A DNA stretch of 62,106 nt from a virus (taxonomy: Duplodnaviria > Caudoviricetes): positions 1 through 62,106 of the IMG/VR virus record IMGVR_UViG_3300026530_000001. One strand, written 5' to 3'. Both the position numbers and the translations under genes were made by a program. Below the pieces are notes generated by a model, which saw only the letters and a list, made by a program, of their open reading frames with translations, was not told where the DNA came from and did not search any database. Below, in pieces: positions 55,033 through 62,106 of this stretch. Every line of letters starts with the position of its first letter. The first letter of the stretch is position 1.

Positions 55033-55318
55033 ATCTGACGGCCAAGGGGAAACCGTCAGATCGGGGAGCGCGGGCCACCTGGGGTACGCGGCTCGCGCTC
55101 CAAGGATATTTGAAATCAGTTTGCAGTCCGTGCTGGTGCTGGCCGATTACCCGAAACGAGTTGAGAGACTTCGCGGTAGGTTGAGCGCGACGAGCACTAG
55201 AGTCTGAGCAGACCAAACGTAAAGTCGCGGCGGGCTGCAATTCATCTTTGACGAGTTTGCGCGGCTTGGAGCCAAAGCGATAAGCACCTCGAAAGAGAGG
55301 CTGTGAAGGGTCGCGCAA
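55033..55318 (+). ncRNA. Candidate structured RNA cluster including a kink-turn element
   Basis: Four consecutive stem structures in an intergenic gap; see findings. Confidence 0.5.
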
Positions 55319-55343
55319 TTCAATTTCTGAACGTTCAGAACCC

Positions 55344-55529
55344 ATGTGTCACAAACGAGGCCACGAAAGCAGAGGAAAGGCTGAGGCTCACATTCGATCA
55401 CTATTACGAGCACAACCTTTCAATCGGGATTGGAAAGACCCTGAGAAGCTGCATGTTTACATCTGCGCTGACTCTCGATGCCGAGCGCGGCCCTACAAAG
55501 TTGGTCACGGTAAGCGAGTGAAAACGTAA
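55344..55529 (+). CDS. Small Zn-finger-like protein
   Basis: CHKR.H...A..H...YIC...C....YKVGH. Confidence 0.5.
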   Translation: MCHKRGHESRGKAEAHIRSLLRAQPFNRDWKDPEKLHVYICADSRCRARPYKVGHGKRVKT

Positions 55530-55578
55530 ACAGTCGAAAGGTTGTAGAAGAATGAAGTTGACAAATTGGCCGGTTGAA

Positions 55579-55694
55579 TTGGGAAGCGACCGCGACTGAG
55601 ACCCCTTAGCGGGGTGCTCTGGTTACTAATTCTTATCTTCGGATTTGAATTGCTTCCCAAAGCGCCAGGCATCTCGCTAAGGGGTTTTTGTTTT
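55579..55694 (+). promoter_or_regulatory. Attenuator-like leader with alternative pairings
   Basis: 17-bp stem 55601-55617/55669-55685 plus T tract; 55579-55589 is complementary to loop segment 55650-55660. Confidence 0.55.
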
Positions 55695-55696
55695 AT

Positions 55697-55888
55697 ATGG
55701 AAACGGCAACGAATAGGTGCGGTCATGCGTTGCGGGAGCCTAAGTGCAAAGGATGCACCGGCCTCGTGGTCAAGCGGCCTCGACCTGCCACTAACTACAA
55801 AAAATTAGTGTCCGAAGCTCCAGTTGTTTCGTGTGGACACTTGGAATGCGCAAGAGCGCTCGGATGCCTGAAGTGTGGGCGGAAATGA
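55697..55888 (+). CDS. Small Cys-rich protein
   Basis: Two CGH...CxxC-like repeats. Confidence 0.45.
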   Translation: METATNRCGHALREPKCKGCTGLVVKRPRPATNYKKLVSEAPVVSCGHLECARALGCLKCGRK

Positions 55889-55895
55889 TCGCGGC

Positions 55896-56264
55896 ATGAA
55901 AGACAAACTGCCCGCAGTCCTTTGGTATGCAAGTGACTGGCTCGGAAGCAATACGCGAGCGCGAATGACGCATCAACAGCGGGACGTTTACCTGACACTT
56001 TTGTTCCGCTCTTGGTATGAGGAGCCAATCGGCACGCTCCCAAACATTCCCGAAGAACTGGCTCTGATGGGCGGCGTAGATTTTGAAACATGGGAACAAA
56101 TCAAGGGGCCGATTATTGCGAAATTTACAAGCGACGGCAACGGTCGGGTATTCAATCCGCGCATGTTGAAAGAGGCCCGCAAAGTACGCGGACGCCAAAT
56201 GGCGGGGGCGATTGGCGGCAAGCAAACGCAAAGCAAACCGTCAAGCAAAAAGAAAGCAAAGTGA
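55896..56264 (+). CDS. DUF1376/YdaU-like replication initiator N-terminal domain
   Basis: LP...WY..DWL......MT..Q..VY..LL..SW...F.....G..FNPRM..E. Confidence 0.75.
   Translation: MKDKLPAVLWYASDWLGSNTRARMTHQQRDVYLTLLFRSWYEEPIGTLPNIPEELALMGGVDFETWEQIKGPIIAKFTSDGNGRVFNPRMLKEARKVRGRQMAGAIGGKQTQSKPSSKKKAK
56220..56260 (+). repeat. Putative origin iterons
   Basis: AAGCAAA at 56220, 56231, 56243 and 56254 (11-12 bp period), followed by an AT-rich gap. Confidence 0.5.
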
Positions 56265-56356
56265 GCGGCGAGTAGGGCGGCAAACATTCAACTTTTGCTT
56301 CAGCCTCTTGGTTTAACTTTAGATTGGATTAAGAAGATCAGGGGAACACGTTACTT

Positions 56357-57217
56357 ATGATTAACCTAGCACGAAGAGAGAGCAAAGCACCGTTATTGAA
56401 ACCGGGCGAACGAAACGGGAAACCTGTACAGGCAAAGTCCCGCCACCTGAAAGCGCCTCGCTACGAAGTTCTGAAAGACAAAATCAGAACGTGGTGGAAC
56501 GATCGGCTAAAGATCGGCGAAGCCCTTGCGGAGATAAGAGACGAAAAACTCTACAAGGCCGAGTATTCAACCTTTGAAGAATTCTGTACTGATGAATTCG
56601 GCCTCAAGCACTCTCAAGCCTACGGATTGATCGCCGCGGTAGCGGTTAAAGAGTCTCTAAAACCTTCCGCCATGGCGGACAAAATCACGAACGAGCGGCA
56701 GGCCCGAGCGCTCGCCGCCGTGCCCCAAGAAAAGCGCGTCGAGGTTTTAACCGAAGCCGCGAAAGCGCCAGGTCCGGTTACTGCGAAACGAATCACCGCA
56801 GCCGCAAAATCAAACGGTCACGTTGCGAAGGTGGAACCTCCGAAGCCCGCCGCGCGTCTCGACAAAACCGGATACGCGATCCCTGAAACGATTCTGGAAG
56901 ATTGGGATCGGGCTGAGGAAACCGCGCGGCGAATGCTGAGTGCGGTAAGCAGTCTCCGATCTGAATTGAAGAACGCGAAGGACGAGAACGATCCGATCTT
57001 CGCGGAAGTGACCAATTCCACCATTGCCGATCTCAACAACGCTTACACGAGTTTCAAGTGCGTCGTTCCGTATGCGGTTTGCACAAGCTGTCAAGGTCGT
57101 GCGCCGAAGAAATGCTCGCTCTGTCGCGGTCGCGGATTTATGAGTGAGTTTGCCTGGAGAAGTTATGTGCCGGCAGAGGCGAAGGCCATGCGCGAGGCGG
57201 TAAGCAAAAAGAAATGA
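56357..57217 (+). CDS. DNA-binding protein with DnaJ-type Zn finger
   Basis: IGEAL.EIRD.KLY..EY.TFEEFC and NERQARAL motifs; CTSCQG...CSLCRGRG. Confidence 0.65.
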   Translation: MINLARRESKAPLLKPGERNGKPVQAKSRHLKAPRYEVLKDKIRTWWNDRLKIGEALAEIRDEKLYKAEYSTFEEFCTDEFGLKHSQAYGLIAAVAVKESLKPSAMADKITNERQARALAAVPQEKRVEVLTEAAKAPGPVTAKRITAAAKSNGHVAKVEPPKPAARLDKTGYAIPETILEDWDRAEETARRMLSAVSSLRSELKNAKDENDPIFAEVTNSTIADLNNAYTSFKCVVPYAVCTSCQGRAPKKCSLCRGRGFMSEFAWRSYVPAEAKAMREAVSKKK

Positions 57218-58911
57218 GCGAAATCACCTTACGTCCGTATCAGCAAACAGCGGTCGCGGCTGCTTTTTCTGAGTGGGCCGACAACGACTCGACGTTGATC
57301 GTCATGCCGACCGGGACCGGAAAGTCCGTCGTGTTTGCTGACATCATTTCTCGCGTTCAACCAAAGCGCGTGTTAGTTCTGGCCCACCGTTCCGAACTGA
57401 TCGATCAAGCGCGTCGGCACGTAGAGAAAATCGGGTTGCCCGTCGCTGTTGAGATGGCAGATATGTACGCGGAGGATTGTTTCTGGGCAGACACGCCGAT
57501 CATCGTTTCGACTGTTCAAACTCAGATTGCCGGCAATGCTGGCGCTGGAAGAATGACGAGATTCGATCCATATGATTTTGGTTTAGTGATCTGTGACGAA
57601 GCCCACCACTTCACCGCGAAGAGTTTTGCCAAAGTTCTAAATCACTATCGTCAGAATCCCGATCTGAAAATCCTCGGAGTTACCGCCACGCCTGACCGAG
57701 CTGACGAGGCTGCGTTGGGTCAGGTCTTTCAAAGCGTCGCGTATGACTACGAGATTCTTGATGCGATCAATGACGGATGGTTAGTTCCGATCGAACAGCA
57801 AATGGTAACGATCGACGGGTTGGATTTTTCTCAGATTAGAACTACCGCAGGAGACTTAAACGGGGCAGACCTTGCGGCGATCATGGAGGCAGAAAAGAAC
57901 CTTCATGGAATCGTTTCTGCCTCACTCGACATCATCGGAGATCGGCGCACGTTGGTTTTCGCTGTGACCGTCAAGCAAGCCGAAATGTACGCGGAGATTT
58001 TCAATCGACATAAGCCGGGAATGGCTGATTGGGTTTGCGGCAAGACTCCGAAAGATCAGCGTCACGAGACGTTCAGAAAGTTCGGTAATGGGAACACTCA
58101 GATTCTCGTGAACGTCGGCGTTGCAACCGAGGGCTACGACAATCCAGCCGTCGAGGTAATCGTGCAAGCCAGGCCGACGAAGAGCCGGTGTCTCTATTCG
58201 CAGATGGTCGGACGTGCCACAAGACCGTTGCCGGGGATTGTCGATCGATACGACACGCCGGAAGAGCGCCGTTTCGCAATGGCGAATAGCGCGAAGCCAA
58301 ACTGTTTGGTGATTGATTTCGTGGGCAACTCAGGCCGTCACAAGCTGATGACGACCGCGGACATTCTCGGCGGTCGTGTATCGGACGAAGCAGTCGAACG
58401 AGCCATAGCAAAAGCAAAGGCCCAAGGGAAAGCCGTAAACATGGCCGAAGCGGTTGAAGATGAAGAGCGGATTCTCCGCGAAGAAGTTGAAGAACGAAAG
58501 AGACGCGAAGCCGCACGCAAGGCTCGGATAGTCGGCAAAGCGCAGTTCTCATCCCGATCAATCAATCCGTTTGATGTTTTCCAGTTGGAACCGGCAAGGT
58601 CACGAGGTTGGGATGATGGGAAAGTTCTAACCGAGAAACAGGCGAATCTTTTGCGTAAGCAAGGGATTGATCCAGCCGAGATGACCTACAGCCAAAGCCG
58701 CCAAGTAGTCAACGAAATGTTCCGACGCTGGAAAGGTGGTCTCTGTACTTTGAAGCAGGCGAACCTTTTGAACAAGCACGGCTATGAGACCAAGGACCTG
58801 ACGATGAAAGACGCCTCCGGCCTGATCGATGCGCTCGCAAAAAACGGATGGCGACGCCCGACGAATCCTCCGCCGATTGAAAGCAGACAGGAGGCTCCGC
58901 CGTGGGCATGA
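57214..58911 (+). CDS. SF2 DEAD/DEAH-box helicase
   Basis: LRPYQ, PTGTGKS, DEAHH, TATP, EGYD and QMVGRATR motifs. Confidence 0.93.
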   Translation: MSEITLRPYQQTAVAAAFSEWADNDSTLIVMPTGTGKSVVFADIISRVQPKRVLVLAHRSELIDQARRHVEKIGLPVAVEMADMYAEDCFWADTPIIVSTVQTQIAGNAGAGRMTRFDPYDFGLVICDEAHHFTAKSFAKVLNHYRQNPDLKILGVTATPDRADEAALGQVFQSVAYDYEILDAINDGWLVPIEQQMVTIDGLDFSQIRTTAGDLNGADLAAIMEAEKNLHGIVSASLDIIGDRRTLVFAVTVKQAEMYAEIFNRHKPGMADWVCGKTPKDQRHETFRKFGNGNTQILVNVGVATEGYDNPAVEVIVQARPTKSRCLYSQMVGRATRPLPGIVDRYDTPEERRFAMANSAKPNCLVIDFVGNSGRHKLMTTADILGGRVSDEAVERAIAKAKAQGKAVNMAEAVEDEERILREEVEERKRREAARKARIVGKAQFSSRSINPFDVFQLEPARSRGWDDGKVLTEKQANLLRKQGIDPAEMTYSQSRQVVNEMFRRWKGGLCTLKQANLLNKHGYETKDLTMKDASGLIDALAKNGWRRPTNPPPIESRQEAPPWA

Positions 58912-59714
58912 TTCGCGTCAACGCACGCAGAAAAATACTTTGCCCGATCTGTAATCACGGCGATTGGTGTGGACTCTCTGGGGATCGAAGCATTGCGATA
59001 TGTATGCGGATCGAATCAGACAAGCCAACACAAAACGGCGGATGGTTGCATAGATTGTCCGATCCGATCGCGTTTCAACCTAAGCCCGTTCCGCGTCCCG
59101 CGATTCAAGAACGCGCGCCGGACTTGATGAGCCTCTGGAATCGCTGGCAACGAGAAACCGATCCTTACTACCTGGACGGCTTTGCAATGACCCTGAACGT
59201 CGATACCGAAGCGTTACGTTCAATCGGCTGCGCGTGGACCGGCAGAGCGTGGGCCTTCCCGATGAAAGACGCGAGCGGAAAGATGATCGGGATTCGACTC
59301 AGAGCAGAGTCAGGATCGAAATGGGCCGTAACCGGATCACATCAAGGTCTTTTCTTTTCGGATATCGAGGACGCAAAAACAGTATTTCTCGTGGAAGGAC
59401 CGACAGACTTAGCGGCGGCATTGACACTCGGGTTGAAGGCTTTCGCACGTCCCGCCTGTCTCGGCCAAGAGCAAATGCTTCTCGATTACGTCCGACGTGT
59501 ACGCGCGAATCGACTGGTGATCGTTTCGGACAATGACTTGCCAGGGCTACGAGGTGCGGAAAAACTCCAAGGCATGTTGCCGATCATGAATTGCGTCTAC
59601 GTCCCGCCGGCGAAAGACCTCCGCGAGTTCGTTTCCCTTGGTGGAACGAAAGATTTAATCGAATCGAGTATCAGAGATTTGGTTTGGACCCGACCGAGGG
59701 CAATAGCAGCATGA
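58908..59714 (+). CDS. Primase-like protein (Zn finger plus TOPRIM)
   Basis: CPIC...DWC......CMR; VEGPTD and DND TOPRIM motifs. Confidence 0.8.
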   Translation: MIRVNARRKILCPICNHGDWCGLSGDRSIAICMRIESDKPTQNGGWLHRLSDPIAFQPKPVPRPAIQERAPDLMSLWNRWQRETDPYYLDGFAMTLNVDTEALRSIGCAWTGRAWAFPMKDASGKMIGIRLRAESGSKWAVTGSHQGLFFSDIEDAKTVFLVEGPTDLAAALTLGLKAFARPACLGQEQMLLDYVRRVRANRLVIVSDNDLPGLRGAEKLQGMLPIMNCVYVPPAKDLREFVSLGGTKDLIESSIRDLVWTRPRAIAA

Positions 59715-59908
59715 TCTGTCTTAACAATCACTCATTCCCTGAGTCCGACATCGGAGCAGTACAACTGGAAAGTGGTGCGCATCTTTGCGGTCGCTGTGTT
59801 GATGCTCTGCTGAGTAAGCCAGCTTATGACTCTATGCCTGAAAGAGTAACAAGAAGATCGGCAGAGTCTGTAGGTGGGGAAGTTAGATCGAGGCCGGTGG
59901 AGAAGTGA
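59711..59908 (+). CDS. Small Zn-finger protein
   Basis: ATGA-coupled; C...H...CGRC. Confidence 0.45.
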   Translation: MICLNNHSFPESDIGAVQLESGAHLCGRCVDALLSKPAYDSMPERVTRRSAESVGGEVRSRPVEK

Positions 59909-59993
59909 ATTCTTTGTTTCAAAGCCAAGGGCGGATTGAGTCGCCCGTTACGTTAATGATCGTGAGCGCGCTTCGCGCGAGGGGAAAAGAAAG

Positions 59994-60413
59994 ATGCCGT
60001 GTCGAACTGTCAAGGACGAGCAAAACCAGACGACGATGATCGTTTGTAGTCGCGGCCAGCAGAGTCAGAAATGCGAGATTTGCGGTGGCTATGGAGCCAC
60101 GCGCCTCTGTGATTATCCGACCAGCAAAGGCAAGACCTGTGATCGGCGCATGTGCCCGAATTGCAGTGCGCGACCCAAAGGCAAAGACGAGGACTACTGC
60201 CCCGACCACCGCGAGCGCGCAGGCCTCGGCAAGTCAGAACCGAAGTTTGATCTTGAGGGTGCGCGATCCATCGCGGCGCGTTACGACGGGCGATGCAAAA
60301 AGTGCCACGTAGAAGTTTGCGCGGGCGATCAAGTTTTCTACATGCCGCGCGAGAAGTCTGTGCTTTGCGAGCCGTGTACGGCTGAGACGGCGGGACAGGG
60401 ACGGTTGGCATGA
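59994..60413 (+). CDS. Cys-rich hypothetical protein
   Basis: LCDYP...KTCDRRMC..C...DYCPDH; ARYDGRCKKC. Confidence 0.6.
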   Translation: MPCRTVKDEQNQTTMIVCSRGQQSQKCEICGGYGATRLCDYPTSKGKTCDRRMCPNCSARPKGKDEDYCPDHRERAGLGKSEPKFDLEGARSIAARYDGRCKKCHVEVCAGDQVFYMPREKSVLCEPCTAETAGQGRLA

Positions 60414-60688
60414 GTGCACGAATCGGAACATCCACGTGTCATTGCTGCGGCGAGCCTGAATCTCGCGGCGGTTGCGTTCTCGGGTTCCGCTGCGACTGTC
60501 AGTCGCGCCCTGAATGCGATCTTTGTAAGCACTGCACGGATCACCATGTCGAGAATTGTTCCGAACAGATAAGGAATGTATTTGATGTCTTGATGATTAC
60601 AACCGTGTGCGAGTTCCGAAAGAAATACAACATCAACATCTTCGGGAGGCCAACCAATGTTTCACGTTCCAGAACCCTACCGACTTAG
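60410..60688 (+). CDS. Cys-rich hypothetical protein
   Basis: ATGA-coupled. Confidence 0.5.
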   Translation: MSARIGTSTCHCCGEPESRGGCVLGFRCDCQSRPECDLCKHCTDHHVENCSEQIRNVFDVLMITTVCEFRKKYNINIFGRPTNVSRSRTLPT

Positions 60689-61142
60689 GGGCGGGCCGAT
60701 GGCGACAGATCGCACTTACGGCAATAACGGAGCGTTCGCATTTCGATCTGTGATTGCTGGCCGCAATCTGGCAGTTATCGCTAGTGACGGCGCGGAATGG
60801 AAAGCGTCCGGCTTGGAAGGCGAGCCGTGGGAGCACGTAAGCGTTCACGTCTACCAAGGCAAGAAGGAATATACACCAACATGGATCGAGATGTGCCAAG
60901 CCAAAGATATGTTTTGGGACAAGGACGATCTCGTTATTCAGTTTCACCCGCGCGAGTCTGACTACGTTAACAACCACGCGCACACCTTGCATCTGTGGCG
61001 ACCGATTGGCCAAGAGATACCCGCGCCGCCGCCGCTAACCGTGGGCCTAAAGGACGCGGGCACGATCACGACGCGCGAGCAAGCGGCGAAATTAGTGAGA
61101 GACGTTCAGAGTCAGATTGCGAGCGAAAGCTCGCGGTCATGA
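60657..61142 (+). CDS. Conserved phage protein (WEHVSV/LHLWRP family)
   Basis: WEHVSV, PTW.EMC..K..FW and QFHP...YVNNH..TLHLWRP motifs; GGAGG RBS. Confidence 0.7.
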   Translation: MFHVPEPYRLRGGPMATDRTYGNNGAFAFRSVIAGRNLAVIASDGAEWKASGLEGEPWEHVSVHVYQGKKEYTPTWIEMCQAKDMFWDKDDLVIQFHPRESDYVNNHAHTLHLWRPIGQEIPAPPPLTVGLKDAGTITTREQAAKLVRDVQSQIASESSRS

Positions 61143-61277
61143 AAGAAGGAAACGGACGCCACAGTTAGCCCTTTGGTTGCAGAAAAAGAAAGATCGGATT
61201 CAGAGATTGAAGCCACGGTAGTTCGTCGGGGTTCGTTAAGGTCAAAGATTGAGCGGGGTAAAGCGGGAAGGGAAAAC

Positions 61278-61793
61278 ATGAGCGCGGCAGCACATCAACT
61301 CATAAATCAAACGAGCGGCGAGGTCGAGTACTACACGCCCGTTGAAATCATCGAGGCCGCGCGGCGCGTGATGGGGCGAATCGATCTCGATCCGGCAAGC
61401 AGTGAGAATGCAAACCGGATCGTCAGAGCATCGCGAATCTTCACTGAGGCTGATGACGGACTAGCTCAAGACTGGTTCGGCAAAGTATGGATGAATCACC
61501 CGTTTGGCCTCGTTCAAAATCGCAAATGGCCGACAAAGCTGGAGCGCGAATACTTTGAGGGCCGCGTGATTGAAGCGTGCTGCATCACCTATGCATGTAC
61601 GTCTGAGAACTGGTTTCAAATACTCGCCAAGCATCCGCAATGCTATCTGACGCCGCGCACGAACTACCGCCTACCGGATGGCACGATCAAGAAAGGCGTC
61701 TCAAAGGGAAGCGTGATCACGTACCACGGGAGCGATGTCGAGAAGTTTGCGAATGAGTTTCGCGCATTCGGACAGGTGAAGGTCGCAGTCTAG
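61278..61793 (+). CDS. Phage Dam-type DNA N6-adenine methyltransferase
   Basis: EYYTP, IDLDPAS, DGL.QDW.GKVWMNHPF motifs. Confidence 0.8.
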   Translation: MSAAAHQLINQTSGEVEYYTPVEIIEAARRVMGRIDLDPASSENANRIVRASRIFTEADDGLAQDWFGKVWMNHPFGLVQNRKWPTKLEREYFEGRVIEACCITYACTSENWFQILAKHPQCYLTPRTNYRLPDGTIKKGVSKGSVITYHGSDVEKFANEFRAFGQVKVAV

Positions 61794-61861
61794 CGGATAG
61801 TGAGTCACGAAACCAATTTGTAATGACAGGGTAGGACATGGGAGCAGTAAGAGGGTGAGTT

Positions 61862-62106
61862 ATGGAAGAAACCTTCACAGATAAAGAATTCTGTAAGCAA
61901 TGGAAGATTGATCGGGCTACGTCTTTACGTTGGCGTGACGACGGGATCGTTGGCTACATCAAACTTCCGAACGGGCAGATTCGATATCTGCAACGACACA
62001 TAGACGAACTGCGAGAGCGGTTTGAAAAGTCAGCGGCGGCTCAGGATAGCAATGGCGCGATCAAAAGTGGAGTCGTCAACATTAGCGTAGCGAAACGTCG
62101 TCACGA
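61862..62106 (+). CDS. xis: Excisionase-like HTH protein; continues across the circular junction to TGA at 122-124
   Basis: MEETFTDKEFCKQWKIDRATSLRWRDDGIVGYIKLPNGQIRYLQRHIDE; GAGGGTG RBS; converges on int. Confidence 0.75.
   Translation, partial: MEETFTDKEFCKQWKIDRATSLRWRDDGIVGYIKLPNGQIRYLQRHIDELRERFEKSAAAQDSNGAIKSGVVNISVAKRRH
62008..62106. repeat. Terminal direct repeat copy
   Basis: Identical to 1-99. Confidence 0.95.

Noticed and set aside
55216-55550. AACGTAAA copies near 55216 and 55523 as late promoters
   Set aside because: The N14 positions read CAATTC and TAGAAG; the second is borderline and was not counted
1-62106. Stop-codon reassignment
   Set aside because: Core genes are intact under the standard code and the only full tRNA is Pro, not a suppressor

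Overview
Apparently a complete circular temperate phage genome of about 62.0 kb; bases 1-99 are repeated exactly at 62008-62106, which is probably an assembly overlap. Modules: tyrosine integrase with a tRNA-Lys-type attP; delayed-early genes (ParB-like, RusA-like, putative regulator); a defective IS1595-family insert; tRNA-Pro(UGG); a lysis cassette; large ejection-type proteins including an SLT-domain protein; terminase, portal, scaffold and capsid; a short-tail (podovirus-like) module with no tape measure or sheath recognised; a leftward accessory operon; a two-switch regulatory region; and Sak4-like ATPase, nuclease, SSB, helicase, primase, DNA methyltransferase and xis. The host is inferred to be a diderm, possibly Acidobacteriota (Blastocatellia-like SSB, from memory and unverified). 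The most interesting signal is in the lysis-lysogeny region. A 50-aa signal-peptide precursor missed by the ORF track (50198-50350, minus strand) sits next to a Rap/RRNPP-like TPR protein that converges on a repressor lacking an autocleavage domain. This is a candidate arbitrium/Rap-Phr-like peptide communication system outside Bacillota. The peptide promoter shares a TAAA-N14-TAnnnT architecture with late-gene promoters. Also notable are signal peptides on tail-fibre-like proteins, an attP that splits the early operon, a k-turn-containing structured RNA cluster and a 16 x 24-bp combinatorial repeat. All product calls rest on motifs and synteny read by eye; no database searches were run.
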